In this document: in pieces, positions 11,432 through 19,835 of the stretch
Position numbering within the stretch: position 1 is the stretch's first letter
How the letters are laid out: every line of letters starts with the position of its first letter
IMG/VR virus record: IMGVR_UViG_3300045988_105165
Location: 87,445 to 151,444 of that record
DNA length: 64,000 nt
Direction: 5' to 3' (one strand)
Source of the DNA: a virus
The notes under the pieces: generated by a model
Seen by the model: only the letters and a program-made list of their open reading frames with translations
Told to the model about the DNA's origin: nothing
Databases searched by the model: none
Position numbers and translations under genes: made by a program

Positions 11432-11465
11432 AGGGCTCGCAGTGATGCGGGCCCTGGTTTGATTT
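11432..11465 (+). terminator. GC-rich 10-bp hairpin (AGGGCTCGCA GTGA TGCGGGCCCT) followed by TTTGATTT
   Basis: Perfect or G-U stem with a GNRA-like GTGA loop and a T-rich tail. Sits inside the intergenic region, so it may terminate a small RNA or the 58-aa ORF transcript. Confidence 0.5.
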
Positions 11466-11634
11466 AAAAAGTATTAAAATATTTGCTATTTAAAATCCTG
11501 TTCCTATCTTTGCTCCAGAAACAATGAACAACGAGATCCCACCTCTGGTTGTTTGATGTTGAAAGATATTTTTGGCTCATTAGGGTTTGTCATAGTGGGA
11601 TCTGACATTCTCTTTTGGGCCTATTTTTTTTATC

Positions 11635-12519
11635 ATGGATAAAGTTTCTGTTTTTGAAAGTTCGGATTTTGGAGAGCTTAGAATTATTGTAGATCCAAAA
11701 GGAGATGTTTGGTTTGTGGCGTCAGATGTGGCTAAATCTCTTGGATATATAAATGCTAAAGATGCGGTAAAAAGACATGTAGATGATGATGATTCTATGC
11801 TTTTGCAAGTATCTGATAATCAATGGGGCGTAAAACGATCTATATTGAAAACCAGATATATAGATAGTATAAGAATAATTAATGAATCTGGTTTATATTC
11901 TCTTATATTATCTTCAAAATTAGAGTCTGCTAAGAGATTTAAGAAATGGGTAACATCTGAGGTTCTTCCTTCTATTCGTAAAACAGGAGAATATAAAACA
12001 AGTTCCGGTGGAAAGGGAATTTTGGTCCCTGACTTTTCTAATCCGGCAGATGCAGCAAGAGCCTGGGCTGATCAATATGAAGCTGCTCAAAAAGCTATAG
12101 CCGAAAAGTCGCAGGCAGAGGCAGAGAAGCAACAAGCTTTGAAAACAATAGAAGAACACAAGCCCGATGTAGAATTTGCCGAGTCTTTTAGGAAAGTAGA
12201 CCATAATAATATGTGGCTGATTCGTGATATTGCAAAGAAGTTAGAGCAAAATGGTGTTATTATTGCTGAAAAGAATCTTCGCTCATTCCTTGAAGAAGCT
12301 AAATTCATGTTTAGGAACGGTCTTGGCAAATGGGAGCTATATAGCAATGTTGTAGTTAAAGGGTATGGAGTGTATAGGTCTTATTTCATAGATAAGTATT
12401 CTGGTGATAGAATCAATCAACAAACCATATACATGACAGGCTCCGGATATGAAGTGACCTTAAATGGTATAAAAGGAAAACTCAAAAATGTGTTTCTAAA
12501 ATATGGCAAGTTTGCTTAA
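11635..12519 (+). CDS. phage antirepressor (Bro-N domain with a KilA-C/ANT-like C-terminus)
   Basis: N-terminus VFEF..ELRIIVD.KGDVWFVASDVAKSLGY is a typical Bro-N signature. The C-terminal half resembles the KilAC domain. Confidence 0.65.
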   Translation: MDKVSVFESSDFGELRIIVDPKGDVWFVASDVAKSLGYINAKDAVKRHVDDDDSMLLQVSDNQWGVKRSILKTRYIDSIRIINESGLYSLILSSKLESAKRFKKWVTSEVLPSIRKTGEYKTSSGGKGILVPDFSNPADAARAWADQYEAAQKAIAEKSQAEAEKQQALKTIEEHKPDVEFAESFRKVDHNNMWLIRDIAKKLEQNGVIIAEKNLRSFLEEAKFMFRNGLGKWELYSNVVVKGYGVYRSYFIDKYSGDRINQQTIYMTGSGYEVTLNGIKGKLKNVFLKYGKFA

Positions 12520-12530
12520 GTTTATTTACA

Positions 12531-12570
12531 GGTGGTGTTTTGAAAGAATAAAAAACACTACCTTTTTTTG
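12531..12570 (+). terminator. hairpin (GGTGGTGTTTT..AAAAACACTACC) plus T7 tract
   Basis: Imperfect 11-bp stem followed by TTTTTTT after the antirepressor stop. Confidence 0.45.
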
Positions 12571-12694
12571 TTTCTGTTTTTGCTGAAAATATTTCTCTTC
12601 TATAAGAAATAAACACACCTATATTCCACCTTACAATCATGAACTTTGTTACGTGCTTCATGCACGTATGTTTAACAATTAAATACTATAAATT

Positions 12695-13702
12695 ATGGGT
12701 GGTGATAAAATCGTCCTTTTAGATGGAGCCGGGGCTAACGGTGGTGGTGCAGCCACTAACGGTCTTCTTTCAATGATTCCCGGCATGTTTGCTAATTTGA
12801 TAGGTGGTAATAAAATGGATCCGAATCTGGTGGCGGCTTTGATGAACGGTCGTAACAACCAGGACGGTTTCGGTGGGGCTAACGGTTGGTGGCTCTGGAT
12901 AATTGTTTTGTTCTGGCTGTGGGGTGGACGCGGCTTCGGTAACGGTTTTGGAAATGGCGGTGATTGTTGCGCCAATGGTTTGCCGGCTCAGTTGAATAAC
13001 GATTACGGTCGTGAACTTTTGATGCAGGCAATTCAAGGTAATCGTAGCGCCATAGATCAGATCGCTTCTGCTTTGAACTGTTCTACTACTCAACTTCAGA
13101 ACGCTATCTGCAACGTACAGGGTGCTATTGATAAAGTAGCCGGTCAGGTAGGTATGACTTCTCAGGCTGTTATCAACGCAGTTCAACAACAAGGTTGTGA
13201 AATAGGAAATCAAATCAGCTCTTGCTGCTGCAATCTGAGTTCATTGATCAATCAAAGCACTTGCCAGACTCAGGGAATGATTACTCAGCAAGGTTTTGAT
13301 AACCAACTTCGCACGTTGGAACAAACCAATATCTTGCAGAACGGTCTCAACCAAGGTCTGGCTAACAATCGTGAGCAAGCTACAAGCCAATTCAATATCT
13401 TGTCTGCGAAACTTGACGCCCAAACCGTTATGATCAACGACAAATTCTGTCAGTTGGAAATGAGGGAGATGCAGAATACTATTGCTCAACTTCGTGAAGA
13501 AAAAGCGGCTTTGACAGCTTCGGCATTATCTCAGCAACAAACCCAGAATATCGTTGGTCAATTACGCCCGACGGCCGTCCCGGCCTACCCCTCTTGTTCT
13601 CCTTACCAGGCTTATACTTGGGGACAGGTATTCGGAGGAGGTTGCTGCAATAACGGATGTGGATGTAACAACGGATGTTGCAATAACAACGCTGCTGTCT
13701 GA
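12695..13702 (+). CDS. low-complexity Gly/Asn/Gln/Cys-rich protein with one Trp-rich TM segment and a C-terminal CCNNGCGCNNGCCNNN tail
   Basis: 335-aa ORF with TM WWLWIIVLFWLW and Cys clusters (GDCC, SSCCCN, GGGCCNNGCGCNNGCC). Preceded by a hairpin and an AACAATTAAA motif. Confidence 0.5.
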   Translation: MGGDKIVLLDGAGANGGGAATNGLLSMIPGMFANLIGGNKMDPNLVAALMNGRNNQDGFGGANGWWLWIIVLFWLWGGRGFGNGFGNGGDCCANGLPAQLNNDYGRELLMQAIQGNRSAIDQIASALNCSTTQLQNAICNVQGAIDKVAGQVGMTSQAVINAVQQQGCEIGNQISSCCCNLSSLINQSTCQTQGMITQQGFDNQLRTLEQTNILQNGLNQGLANNREQATSQFNILSAKLDAQTVMINDKFCQLEMREMQNTIAQLREEKAALTASALSQQQTQNIVGQLRPTAVPAYPSCSPYQAYTWGQVFGGGCCNNGCGCNNGCCNNNAAV

Positions 13703-13725
13703 TTTTATTAAGAGAGGAGGCTAAT

Positions 13726-14139
13726 ATGGCTTGTGTTTCTAAAATAGGATCGTTGTATGAGATGGTTACGAAGAATGTTATTGTCAGTACGACAAATACA
13801 GTCTTCGGTATTAACCCACGGGCTTGGATCGCCCTTCCGTGTGAGGGTCTTATCCTTCTTAAGATAAGGCAAGTAGTCCCTACAGCCGGAAGTGCTCTAC
13901 CGGTACAGATTGCGGTCCCGGCAAACAGCACAGTTTCAACAGTAGGAGCCGACACCTGTTGCCCGGTTACGGGAGTGAATGTCGTGAACCCTATTAACGT
14001 AGCTGTCACGGGTGCTGCTATGGTAAATGGCACAGAACGCCTTCTGTACTTCAATAAAGTTCGTGGCGTGTTAAGATTAATGGATTGCTGTGTTCCAGTA
14101 GCGGCAGCCCAGGCGTCTGAAGTTAAAGCAGGTAAATGA
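13726..14139 (+). CDS. hypothetical protein (137 aa)
   Basis: Strong SD (GAGAGGAGG) 5 nt upstream of the ATG. Co-directional. Overlapping minus-strand ORFs are judged spurious. Confidence 0.55.
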   Translation: MACVSKIGSLYEMVTKNVIVSTTNTVFGINPRAWIALPCEGLILLKIRQVVPTAGSALPVQIAVPANSTVSTVGADTCCPVTGVNVVNPINVAVTGAAMVNGTERLLYFNKVRGVLRLMDCCVPVAAAQASEVKAGK

Positions 14140-14189
14140 TTTCAGTAGGGTGATGAAGATCATCACCCTATTTTCACCTAACTAATATT

Positions 14190-14684
14190 TTGATCATGTT
14201 TTCAGATTTGAAGAAAGGGTTTCAGGTACATACCCTTGATACTAATACAGTACCTAAATACGAATTGGGAAAGGTAGTAGCCGTATCCGAACCCAGGTAT
14301 CTTCCTCCTCAGCCAGGTCAGTATCAGGCGATGCAGACCCGCGTGGTGGATCTGACGGTAGAGCTCACTGGCGAAACCAAGACCTATACGGTCCCGGAAT
14401 CCCAGAATGTGGCTAAGGCTATGGGCATAACATTATCTACCAGCATAGATCCGATTATGAACGAACTGAATGCTATAAAAAACACCAGTCAAGACATAAT
14501 AAACAGCGTAGATGCCCATCGTGCCAAGATAGAGGCTTGTGAATCTATATTAGAAGACATCAATCCGGCATTCAAACAAACGAGAGAGCAGGATCGTAAA
14601 ATAGCTGGTATAGAAAATAAGGTGAATGACCTTACTGATTCATTCGAAGATTTAAAGAAGTTAATTGTAGAACGTTTGAAATAA
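14190..14684 (+). CDS. hypothetical coiled-coil protein (164 aa)
   Basis: Co-directional ORF. Confidence 0.5.
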   Translation: MIMFSDLKKGFQVHTLDTNTVPKYELGKVVAVSEPRYLPPQPGQYQAMQTRVVDLTVELTGETKTYTVPESQNVAKAMGITLSTSIDPIMNELNAIKNTSQDIINSVDAHRAKIEACESILEDINPAFKQTREQDRKIAGIENKVNDLTDSFEDLKKLIVERLK

Positions 14685-14691
14685 GTATAAT

Positions 14692-15060
14692 ATGATAGTA
14701 TATGATTTAAATTCAGGACACAGAGAATATCCTGGATATGACGAGATAGAAGACAGACGAGGTGGAGGCAGAGGCAGAAGCCGGCGTTCTGATGGGACGT
14801 ACATGGGGTACGGTGGTGGTATTTACGACCATTACGGTATGCATGAGAAGATGAAGGAGATGGAAGAACGCGAAAACGAGCTGGAAGAAAGGGAAAGAAG
14901 GCTTGAAGAGCGCGAACGTCGTCATGAAATGGAGGACCGGGAATACCGGAGGATGGGTTACGAATCCTACCCGATCGATTACTATGGAGACGACAGATAC
15001 TACGGTGACGGGCCTCAGATGCGTAGAGGTCGCGGACGTGGCAGAGGTCGTTCTTATTGA
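14692..15060 (+). CDS. RG/RGG- and Tyr-rich protein with an ERE/RRLEE repeat
   Basis: RGGGRGRSRR at the N-terminus, RRGRGRGRGRSY at the C-terminus, central ERENELEERERRLEERERR. Fits the plus block, and the overlapping antisense ORF looks like frame shadow. Confidence 0.4.
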   Translation: MIVYDLNSGHREYPGYDEIEDRRGGGRGRSRRSDGTYMGYGGGIYDHYGMHEKMKEMEERENELEERERRLEERERRHEMEDREYRRMGYESYPIDYYGDDRYYGDGPQMRRGRGRGRGRSY

Positions 15061-15153
15061 GGAGCAGACGCAGAGGATCCAGCTTATCAGAAATATGTAG
15101 ATACTTACGGCTACCATTTTTCTAATGCTCTCGCTGATGAGGCGGTAAAGAAG

Positions 15154-15447
15154 ATGGTCAACGTCGATGGATCCAAGAGGATCTGGAAGCAGCCGGAAAT
15201 AAAAGATATTTTTGAAAAGTGCGGAGCGAAGAAGCCGGATAAAGCGACATGGGGCGATGTCCAATATGTCTTTGCAATGTACTATTCGGATGGTTTTCCG
15301 AAGGTCTTCAAATGTGAGAACGAGTTGGTGAAAGCTACGTTAATGTATTTGGATGATCCGGATGCTCCCGAAGGAGTAGCCTTTATAAGATGGCTTGCCG
15401 TGCAAGATTACCTCGGCGAAAAAATAAACTGGAAGGATCTGACCTGA
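15154..15447 (+). CDS. hypothetical protein (97 aa)
   Basis: Co-directional ORF. Confidence 0.5.
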   Translation: MVNVDGSKRIWKQPEIKDIFEKCGAKKPDKATWGDVQYVFAMYYSDGFPKVFKCENELVKATLMYLDDPDAPEGVAFIRWLAVQDYLGEKINWKDLT

Positions 15448-15609
15448 GATCCAGACCCAGGTCCTTCCGGTGGTGCGGGAGCCATAGTAAAAAATATGAT
15501 TCCCGCATTCCCGTTTTTCCCGTTTGGAAAAAAAGAATAAAAATGTTATACCGGTCGGCGGGCAATAGAATACCCGTGGCCGGTTTGTTTCACATAACTT
15601 TTTTTTGAC

Positions 15610-15786
15610 ATGAATATAGCACACGAATCTAAATCGAATAAAACCCCATTGTATTTAATAGGAGAGTTGATTGGCGTACCGAATACGGTTATGGACTCAG
15701 CATTGCATGAACTGAAAGATAGAATAGACAAAGACCCTAAATATAAAGATGTTAAAAATTGGCTCGAATCTTTACCCAAGATCTGA
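15610..15786 (+). CDS. possible 58-aa protein (not in track)
   Basis: ATG..TGA ORF followed 27 nt later by a strong terminator. Confidence 0.25.
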   Translation: MNIAHESKSNKTPLYLIGELIGVPNTVMDSALHELKDRIDKDPKYKDVKNWLESLPKI

Positions 15787-15812
15787 ACCTGTTTTCCCCA
15801 ATACCAGGCCCG

Positions 15813-15850
15813 ATGCGATTTTAACGTATCGGGTTTTTATTTTAATTCAT
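15813..15850 (+). terminator. rho-independent terminator (CCCGATGCG..CGTATCGGG plus TTTTT)
   Basis: 9-bp stem with one G-U pair, 7-nt loop and T-tract. Confidence 0.5.
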
Positions 15851-15888
15851 ATTGTTTTATTTTAAATCTAATTAATTTATGAATGTCG

Positions 15889-15896
15889 TACATTTG
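15889..15896 (+). promoter_or_regulatory. TACATTTG, -7 box of TAnnTTTG type
   Basis: 18 nt upstream of the ATG at 15914. Confidence 0.3.
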
Positions 15897-15913
15897 TTGA
15901 AAAACTATTCTAT

Positions 15914-16141
15914 ATGGAAAATAAGGAAGATTACGTTGGTTACGAAGATCAAGAACTGTGTAACCGGTATTATAAAGAGGCTGAAGCCATGAGGCAAAAG
16001 CAGGACTGGTCTCGGCTTAGGGCTGTCCCTGCTCCGGCCAAGGGAACGCCATCGCCCGGATGGGGTCAGCTTGGACGTGGAAATGATGTCCGTGTTAAGT
16101 ATGTTAGCATCAATTCAGGATTAGGAGGGGACAGGTTATGA
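15914..16141 (+). CDS. hypothetical protein (75 aa)
   Basis: Co-directional ORF. Stop overlaps the next start (ATGA). Confidence 0.45.
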   Translation: MENKEDYVGYEDQELCNRYYKEAEAMRQKQDWSRLRAVPAPAKGTPSPGWGQLGRGNDVRVKYVSINSGLGGDRL

Positions 16142-16353
16142 CCGTAGAAGAATTAGCTAATAAAAGATACGGTGGCGAATTTGTTTTCATGCTTGGTCAT
16201 TTGGAAGGTATAACAAGATTCGTTTTTGAATGTTTTGATCCCAGACCTGATCACGAAGGTAAAAATACTTATATGGTTTCCTATTTTGATAAGGGACTTC
16301 GTAGAAGAGATGTGGTAGATGTGCCATGTTATATGAATGTTTTAGCAAAATAA
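16138..16353 (+). CDS. hypothetical protein (71 aa)
   Basis: 4-nt overlap with the upstream gene. Confidence 0.45.
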   Translation: MTVEELANKRYGGEFVFMLGHLEGITRFVFECFDPRPDHEGKNTYMVSYFDKGLRRRDVVDVPCYMNVLAK

Positions 16354-16373
16354 ATTAAAATATTGTAAATATC

Positions 16374-17009
16374 GTGGTTAGAATCGCATATTTCGGAACC
16401 GATGGCTGCCCCGGTCATCACGTTATTCCAATACGAGGTAAATTCACAGAAGAGGATATTAAGGTAATAGAATCTGTAGATTGTGATGATTTCTATAAGA
16501 TGTTTGATGTCATGCGTTTTAAGATAGCTGAGTTTAAAGGATGGACGATATTGGGAATCCCGGCAAGCTTAGACGATCATAGACTTGGAAGCAAAACCGT
16601 TATCTTCATAGAAGGTAAAGCTAACGAAGCTGATTTTATAGAAGTCACACAAGAGTATTCTTTTCTTAAAAATAAGGTAAAGAAACTTGCCGAATTGTAT
16701 CATGATGGAGAATGGCTTGCGACTGGTAAATTGAATCAAGATCCGCCTACTAACAAGGAGCGGTTTCAATTCACGTTAGACAAGGATGATATTATTAACA
16801 TGATTAGGGGAGTCGATTTAGATCCTTATTCTGATGTGGCGAATGAAATGGAGAAAATCGGATTGGGATCATCATCTGATTCTTCATATGAGGGTCCCAT
16901 ATGGTCTTGGTTTGTTAACAAAGTAGAACTTTGGCAGAAGAATAATGTATGGGATAGTTTCTCCGCTGAGTTTTTGTGGGGTTTGTATTGTAGGATAAAG
17001 AAAGTATAG
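16374..17009 (+). CDS. hypothetical protein (211 aa)
   Basis: Co-directional ORF. Confidence 0.5.
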   Translation: MVRIAYFGTDGCPGHHVIPIRGKFTEEDIKVIESVDCDDFYKMFDVMRFKIAEFKGWTILGIPASLDDHRLGSKTVIFIEGKANEADFIEVTQEYSFLKNKVKKLAELYHDGEWLATGKLNQDPPTNKERFQFTLDKDDIINMIRGVDLDPYSDVANEMEKIGLGSSSDSSYEGPIWSWFVNKVELWQKNNVWDSFSAEFLWGLYCRIKKV

Positions 17010-17032
17010 TAACAATTAATTTAAAACAAATC

Positions 17033-17896
17033 ATGGAATTAAAAGATTTTAAAGATGTGGTTAGAGTAATGACAAAAGAAGAGTTCGAATCAGCAATCAA
17101 CGAAGATATTAAATTCGTTGAAAGATTTAAGCATTTTTTTAAACATGATGATGCTACGAGGATAATAGAACACGTAAAGTCAGTGTTAGAAGCATCAGTA
17201 GATTACTTCTATCCTAATCATCCTGAAGTAGAATTTGAAAAAGATTTTAATATACAATACGATGTCAATAATATCTTGAACAAATACGGCCACACCGAAA
17301 TGGGTCTGTATAAAATACAGCTCTATGTAGAGAAGATTTTGGGTAGTATTCAAAACAAGAAGCCTGTAGACGTGGAAGAAGTCTCTGACGGATACCACAC
17401 TTTCAATGAATTGTATCGGTATAGCATGTTGTATAACGCTGCCTTCTTTAATCTATTAGCCAGAAGCGGACAGGTTGAAGTTTGCAAATCAAGGAGACAC
17501 AGCGACGGAGAAAAATGCTTCGGTTCTGATGATTGGTTTATTGTGATGGCGATCCTGCCTACCGGTCAGGTATCTAATCACTATGAAAGCAAATACTGGG
17601 ATTTGCTTGATGTTCCTGAAAGAGAAACCGCTTTCGAATACGATGGCCATACACCAAATGAAGCTGCCGACAGACTTGAAAAGTATCTCAAACTGCCTTG
17701 TCGTGGCATGACATTCGAACAGGCTTTAGAACGGCTTAAATTAGGTCGTAAGATAAAAAGAATCGATTGGGGTAAAAAGTATATCTGTATGTTTGACGTA
17801 AATATATTGATGGTAGATACAGGTCAAAAAGTAGCATCAAATTGGAATCCAACCGAACATGATATTATGTCTAATGACTGGGAGATTGCGGGATGA
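17033..17896 (+). CDS. two-domain protein whose C-terminal about 65 aa (nt 17708-17893) resembles DUF2829/Tad2-like
   Basis: C-terminus MTFEQALERLKLGRKIKRIDWGKKYICMF..VDTGQKV..W.PTEHDIMSNDWEI matches the DUF2829 pattern FxEAL..LK.G.KV.R..W...YI...W.P...D.LA.DWEI. Confidence 0.45.
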   Translation: MELKDFKDVVRVMTKEEFESAINEDIKFVERFKHFFKHDDATRIIEHVKSVLEASVDYFYPNHPEVEFEKDFNIQYDVNNILNKYGHTEMGLYKIQLYVEKILGSIQNKKPVDVEEVSDGYHTFNELYRYSMLYNAAFFNLLARSGQVEVCKSRRHSDGEKCFGSDDWFIVMAILPTGQVSNHYESKYWDLLDVPERETAFEYDGHTPNEAADRLEKYLKLPCRGMTFEQALERLKLGRKIKRIDWGKKYICMFDVNILMVDTGQKVASNWNPTEHDIMSNDWEIAG

Positions 17897-18168
17897 GTTT
17901 GTTTGTATGTTCAAAATGTGGCTGTATAGATAATACAGCCACATCATATTACTGGGCTCTTATAAGACCTTGTAAGAATCGTATTTACGATAAGTCGCTA
18001 AAGGGATATGAAGGCAAGCCTCTTTGTTCTGAATGTGCCGCTATTGAATATAGTAAGGGAGGCGAAGTGGTGGTAGTTCCTGGAACGTGGCACGGTAAGT
18101 TCAAGAAAGAATGGCCTACTGAAGAAGAAAAGAAGCATATTGGTAAAAACGGTATTTTAAATTATTGA
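17893..18168 (+). CDS. zinc-ribbon protein (CSKCGC..CSEC)
   Basis: Four Cys in CxxC pairs. 4-nt overlap with the upstream gene. Confidence 0.45.
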   Translation: MSLFVCSKCGCIDNTATSYYWALIRPCKNRIYDKSLKGYEGKPLCSECAAIEYSKGGEVVVVPGTWHGKFKKEWPTEEEKKHIGKNGILNY

Positions 18169-18171
18169 TTT

Positions 18172-18477
18172 ATGTGTGATAAGGAAATTGTTGTATGTGC
18201 AGCTATATGGGTTCAAGATCACAAGAACAAGCCTCACGGTCCAGTAAATATACCATCTGGAACCGTATTTTGTGGATTGAGACACTGTTCCATAATATCG
18301 CAACTTGCGGCATACGGAATAGCTCATAAAAACCGCAGTGTTCAAGGATTTTTGACAAGCAAGAATCGGTTTTTAACAAGAGAGGAAGCGTCTGAACTTG
18401 TTAGAAACAATAATCAGGAGATGGTGGTAGATAGAAATGCCATTAGAGAACAGTTGTATTCAGAAGATTTGTATTAA
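18172..18477 (+). CDS. hypothetical protein (101 aa)
   Basis: Co-directional ORF. Confidence 0.45.
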   Translation: MCDKEIVVCAAIWVQDHKNKPHGPVNIPSGTVFCGLRHCSIISQLAAYGIAHKNRSVQGFLTSKNRFLTREEASELVRNNNQEMVVDRNAIREQLYSEDLY

Positions 18478-18494
18478 CTAAAAAATAAAACAAT

Positions 18495-18845
18495 ATGGGA
18501 TTTATAATCAGAAAGTCAATATTTTATGATATGATGGACGGCAATCAATTAAAGTATGAATTTGACAACAGGGATTTAGATCATATCACATTTAAAGGTG
18601 ATGGTAAAGAATCTTTTTCATTTAACAGAGCACTTGTTGAAAATTTAATTGAGACATTTGAAACCATGCATGATATATATTCCGATAATTACAAGCTTAA
18701 GGTTTATACTGGTAATTGCATAATTCAATTGAGCGAAGATTCAAAGGACTTAAGTAAATCCTTTTTTGACGTATATGATAAAGACGAAATGAAAATGATA
18801 TACGCAATAAATATCAGTATCTTGAAAGAAATGTTTGTCATATGA
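18495..18845 (+). CDS. hypothetical protein (116 aa)
   Basis: Co-directional ORF. Confidence 0.45.
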   Translation: MGFIIRKSIFYDMMDGNQLKYEFDNRDLDHITFKGDGKESFSFNRALVENLIETFETMHDIYSDNYKLKVYTGNCIIQLSEDSKDLSKSFFDVYDKDEMKMIYAINISILKEMFVI

Positions 18846-19159
18846 TCACCAAGCAAGATATACAAGCAGCAACATCGTATATTTTCCGAAGCAGTTTTGT
18901 CTCGGAGGACCAGGCAAGGAAAGCAATGGTAAGAGCCGGCAATAACGCTACCAAGAACCTCGTCAAGACCTTTAGAGGCAAGTTGTTCAAGAAAGCTTTT
19001 GAAAGAGCCCGTAGAGGAAAGGATATCAGTTTTTTTGAAAGACAGGAAAAAGAAAGTGGTTTCAACTTTCTTTACAATCCTAATAATGGTCGTATGCAAA
19101 GCGGTCATATTATAATAGATGGAATTGATCTGTTTAAACAAATAATTCATGAAAGGTAA
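18842..19159 (+). CDS. hypothetical basic protein (105 aa)
   Basis: 4-nt overlap with the upstream gene. Confidence 0.45.
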   Translation: MITKQDIQAATSYIFRSSFVSEDQARKAMVRAGNNATKNLVKTFRGKLFKKAFERARRGKDISFFERQEKESGFNFLYNPNNGRMQSGHIIIDGIDLFKQIIHER

Positions 19160-19299
19160 AAAAGTTGATATTCGTTTAGGTAGAGGTCTGGCGAATCAGA
19201 TTAAGATAAACAAAACCATTCCAGTGTCTCATAAACCAAAAGAAGAACGTCGAATGATGTTTATTTGTGGTGATGATATTGCTTCTCTTATAAAGCGGT

Positions 19300-19692
19300 T
19301 TGAAAATGAATCAAAGTAATATAAAGTCGGGCATGTGTCTTGTCCGACTTTTTTTATATATTTGTGGCATGGCAAGAGGTTATTATTGGATACCGCAGAC
19401 AGATGAAACGTTAAATGGCAGAAGCTATTACGTGGCTAAGATAGTAGGGGATATCACGTTTGATACTAAACGAAAAAGAATCGTATTTCAAGCTGATAGG
19501 TATTTCCCTGTAGGATCTGTTTTCCATTTTACGCACAATTGCTTCAATTATATCATAACTTGCCGACTTCGTAAGCCGGGGCTTTGGTTTGAAGCCAGGA
19601 GAGAGGATTCGGGCCCTATTTGCCCTGAAGATATTGAGCGCTTTGAATCGGGAAGGTTTATACACCGAGATGGGTACATGCATTACATATAA
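19300..19692 (+). CDS. hypothetical protein (130 aa)
   Basis: Co-directional ORF followed by two tandem terminators. Confidence 0.45.
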   Translation: MKMNQSNIKSGMCLVRLFLYICGMARGYYWIPQTDETLNGRSYYVAKIVGDITFDTKRKRIVFQADRYFPVGSVFHFTHNCFNYIITCRLRKPGLWFEARREDSGPICPEDIERFESGRFIHRDGYMHYI

Positions 19693-19700
19693 GCTGAACT

Positions 19701-19732
19701 TGACGATTTTTCGTCAGATTATAATTTTTTTT
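19701..19732 (+). terminator. hairpin TGACGA-TTTT-TCGTCA followed by a T8 tract
   Basis: 6-bp stem and U-tract immediately after the stop. Confidence 0.5.
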
Positions 19733-19744
19733 CCATATCATTTT

Positions 19745-19785
19745 TAAGCCATCAGACTGAGAAGTCAGATGGCTTTATTTTTTAT
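19745..19785 (+). terminator. hairpin AAGCCATCAGAC..GTCAGATGGCTT plus TATTTTTTATT
   Basis: 11-12 bp stem with one mismatch. Second terminator in tandem. Confidence 0.55.
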
Positions 19786-19804
19786 TATATGTTTGATTTT
19801 TAAC

Positions 19805-19812
19805 TACCTTTG
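19805..19812 (+). promoter_or_regulatory. TACCTTTG, -7 box (TAnnTTTG)
   Basis: 24 nt upstream of the ATG of the second giant ORF. Confidence 0.3.
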
Positions 19813-19835
19813 TCTCATAACAAAAATGTTTTATC

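Noticed and set aside
13479-14054. 191-aa minus-strand ORF, and the other long antisense ORFs at 12679..12975, 12770..13213 and 14713..15264
   Set aside because: They lie antisense to co-directional plus-strand genes, one of which has a strong SD, and have a Pro/Thr/Val-rich frame-shadow composition. Likely spurious.
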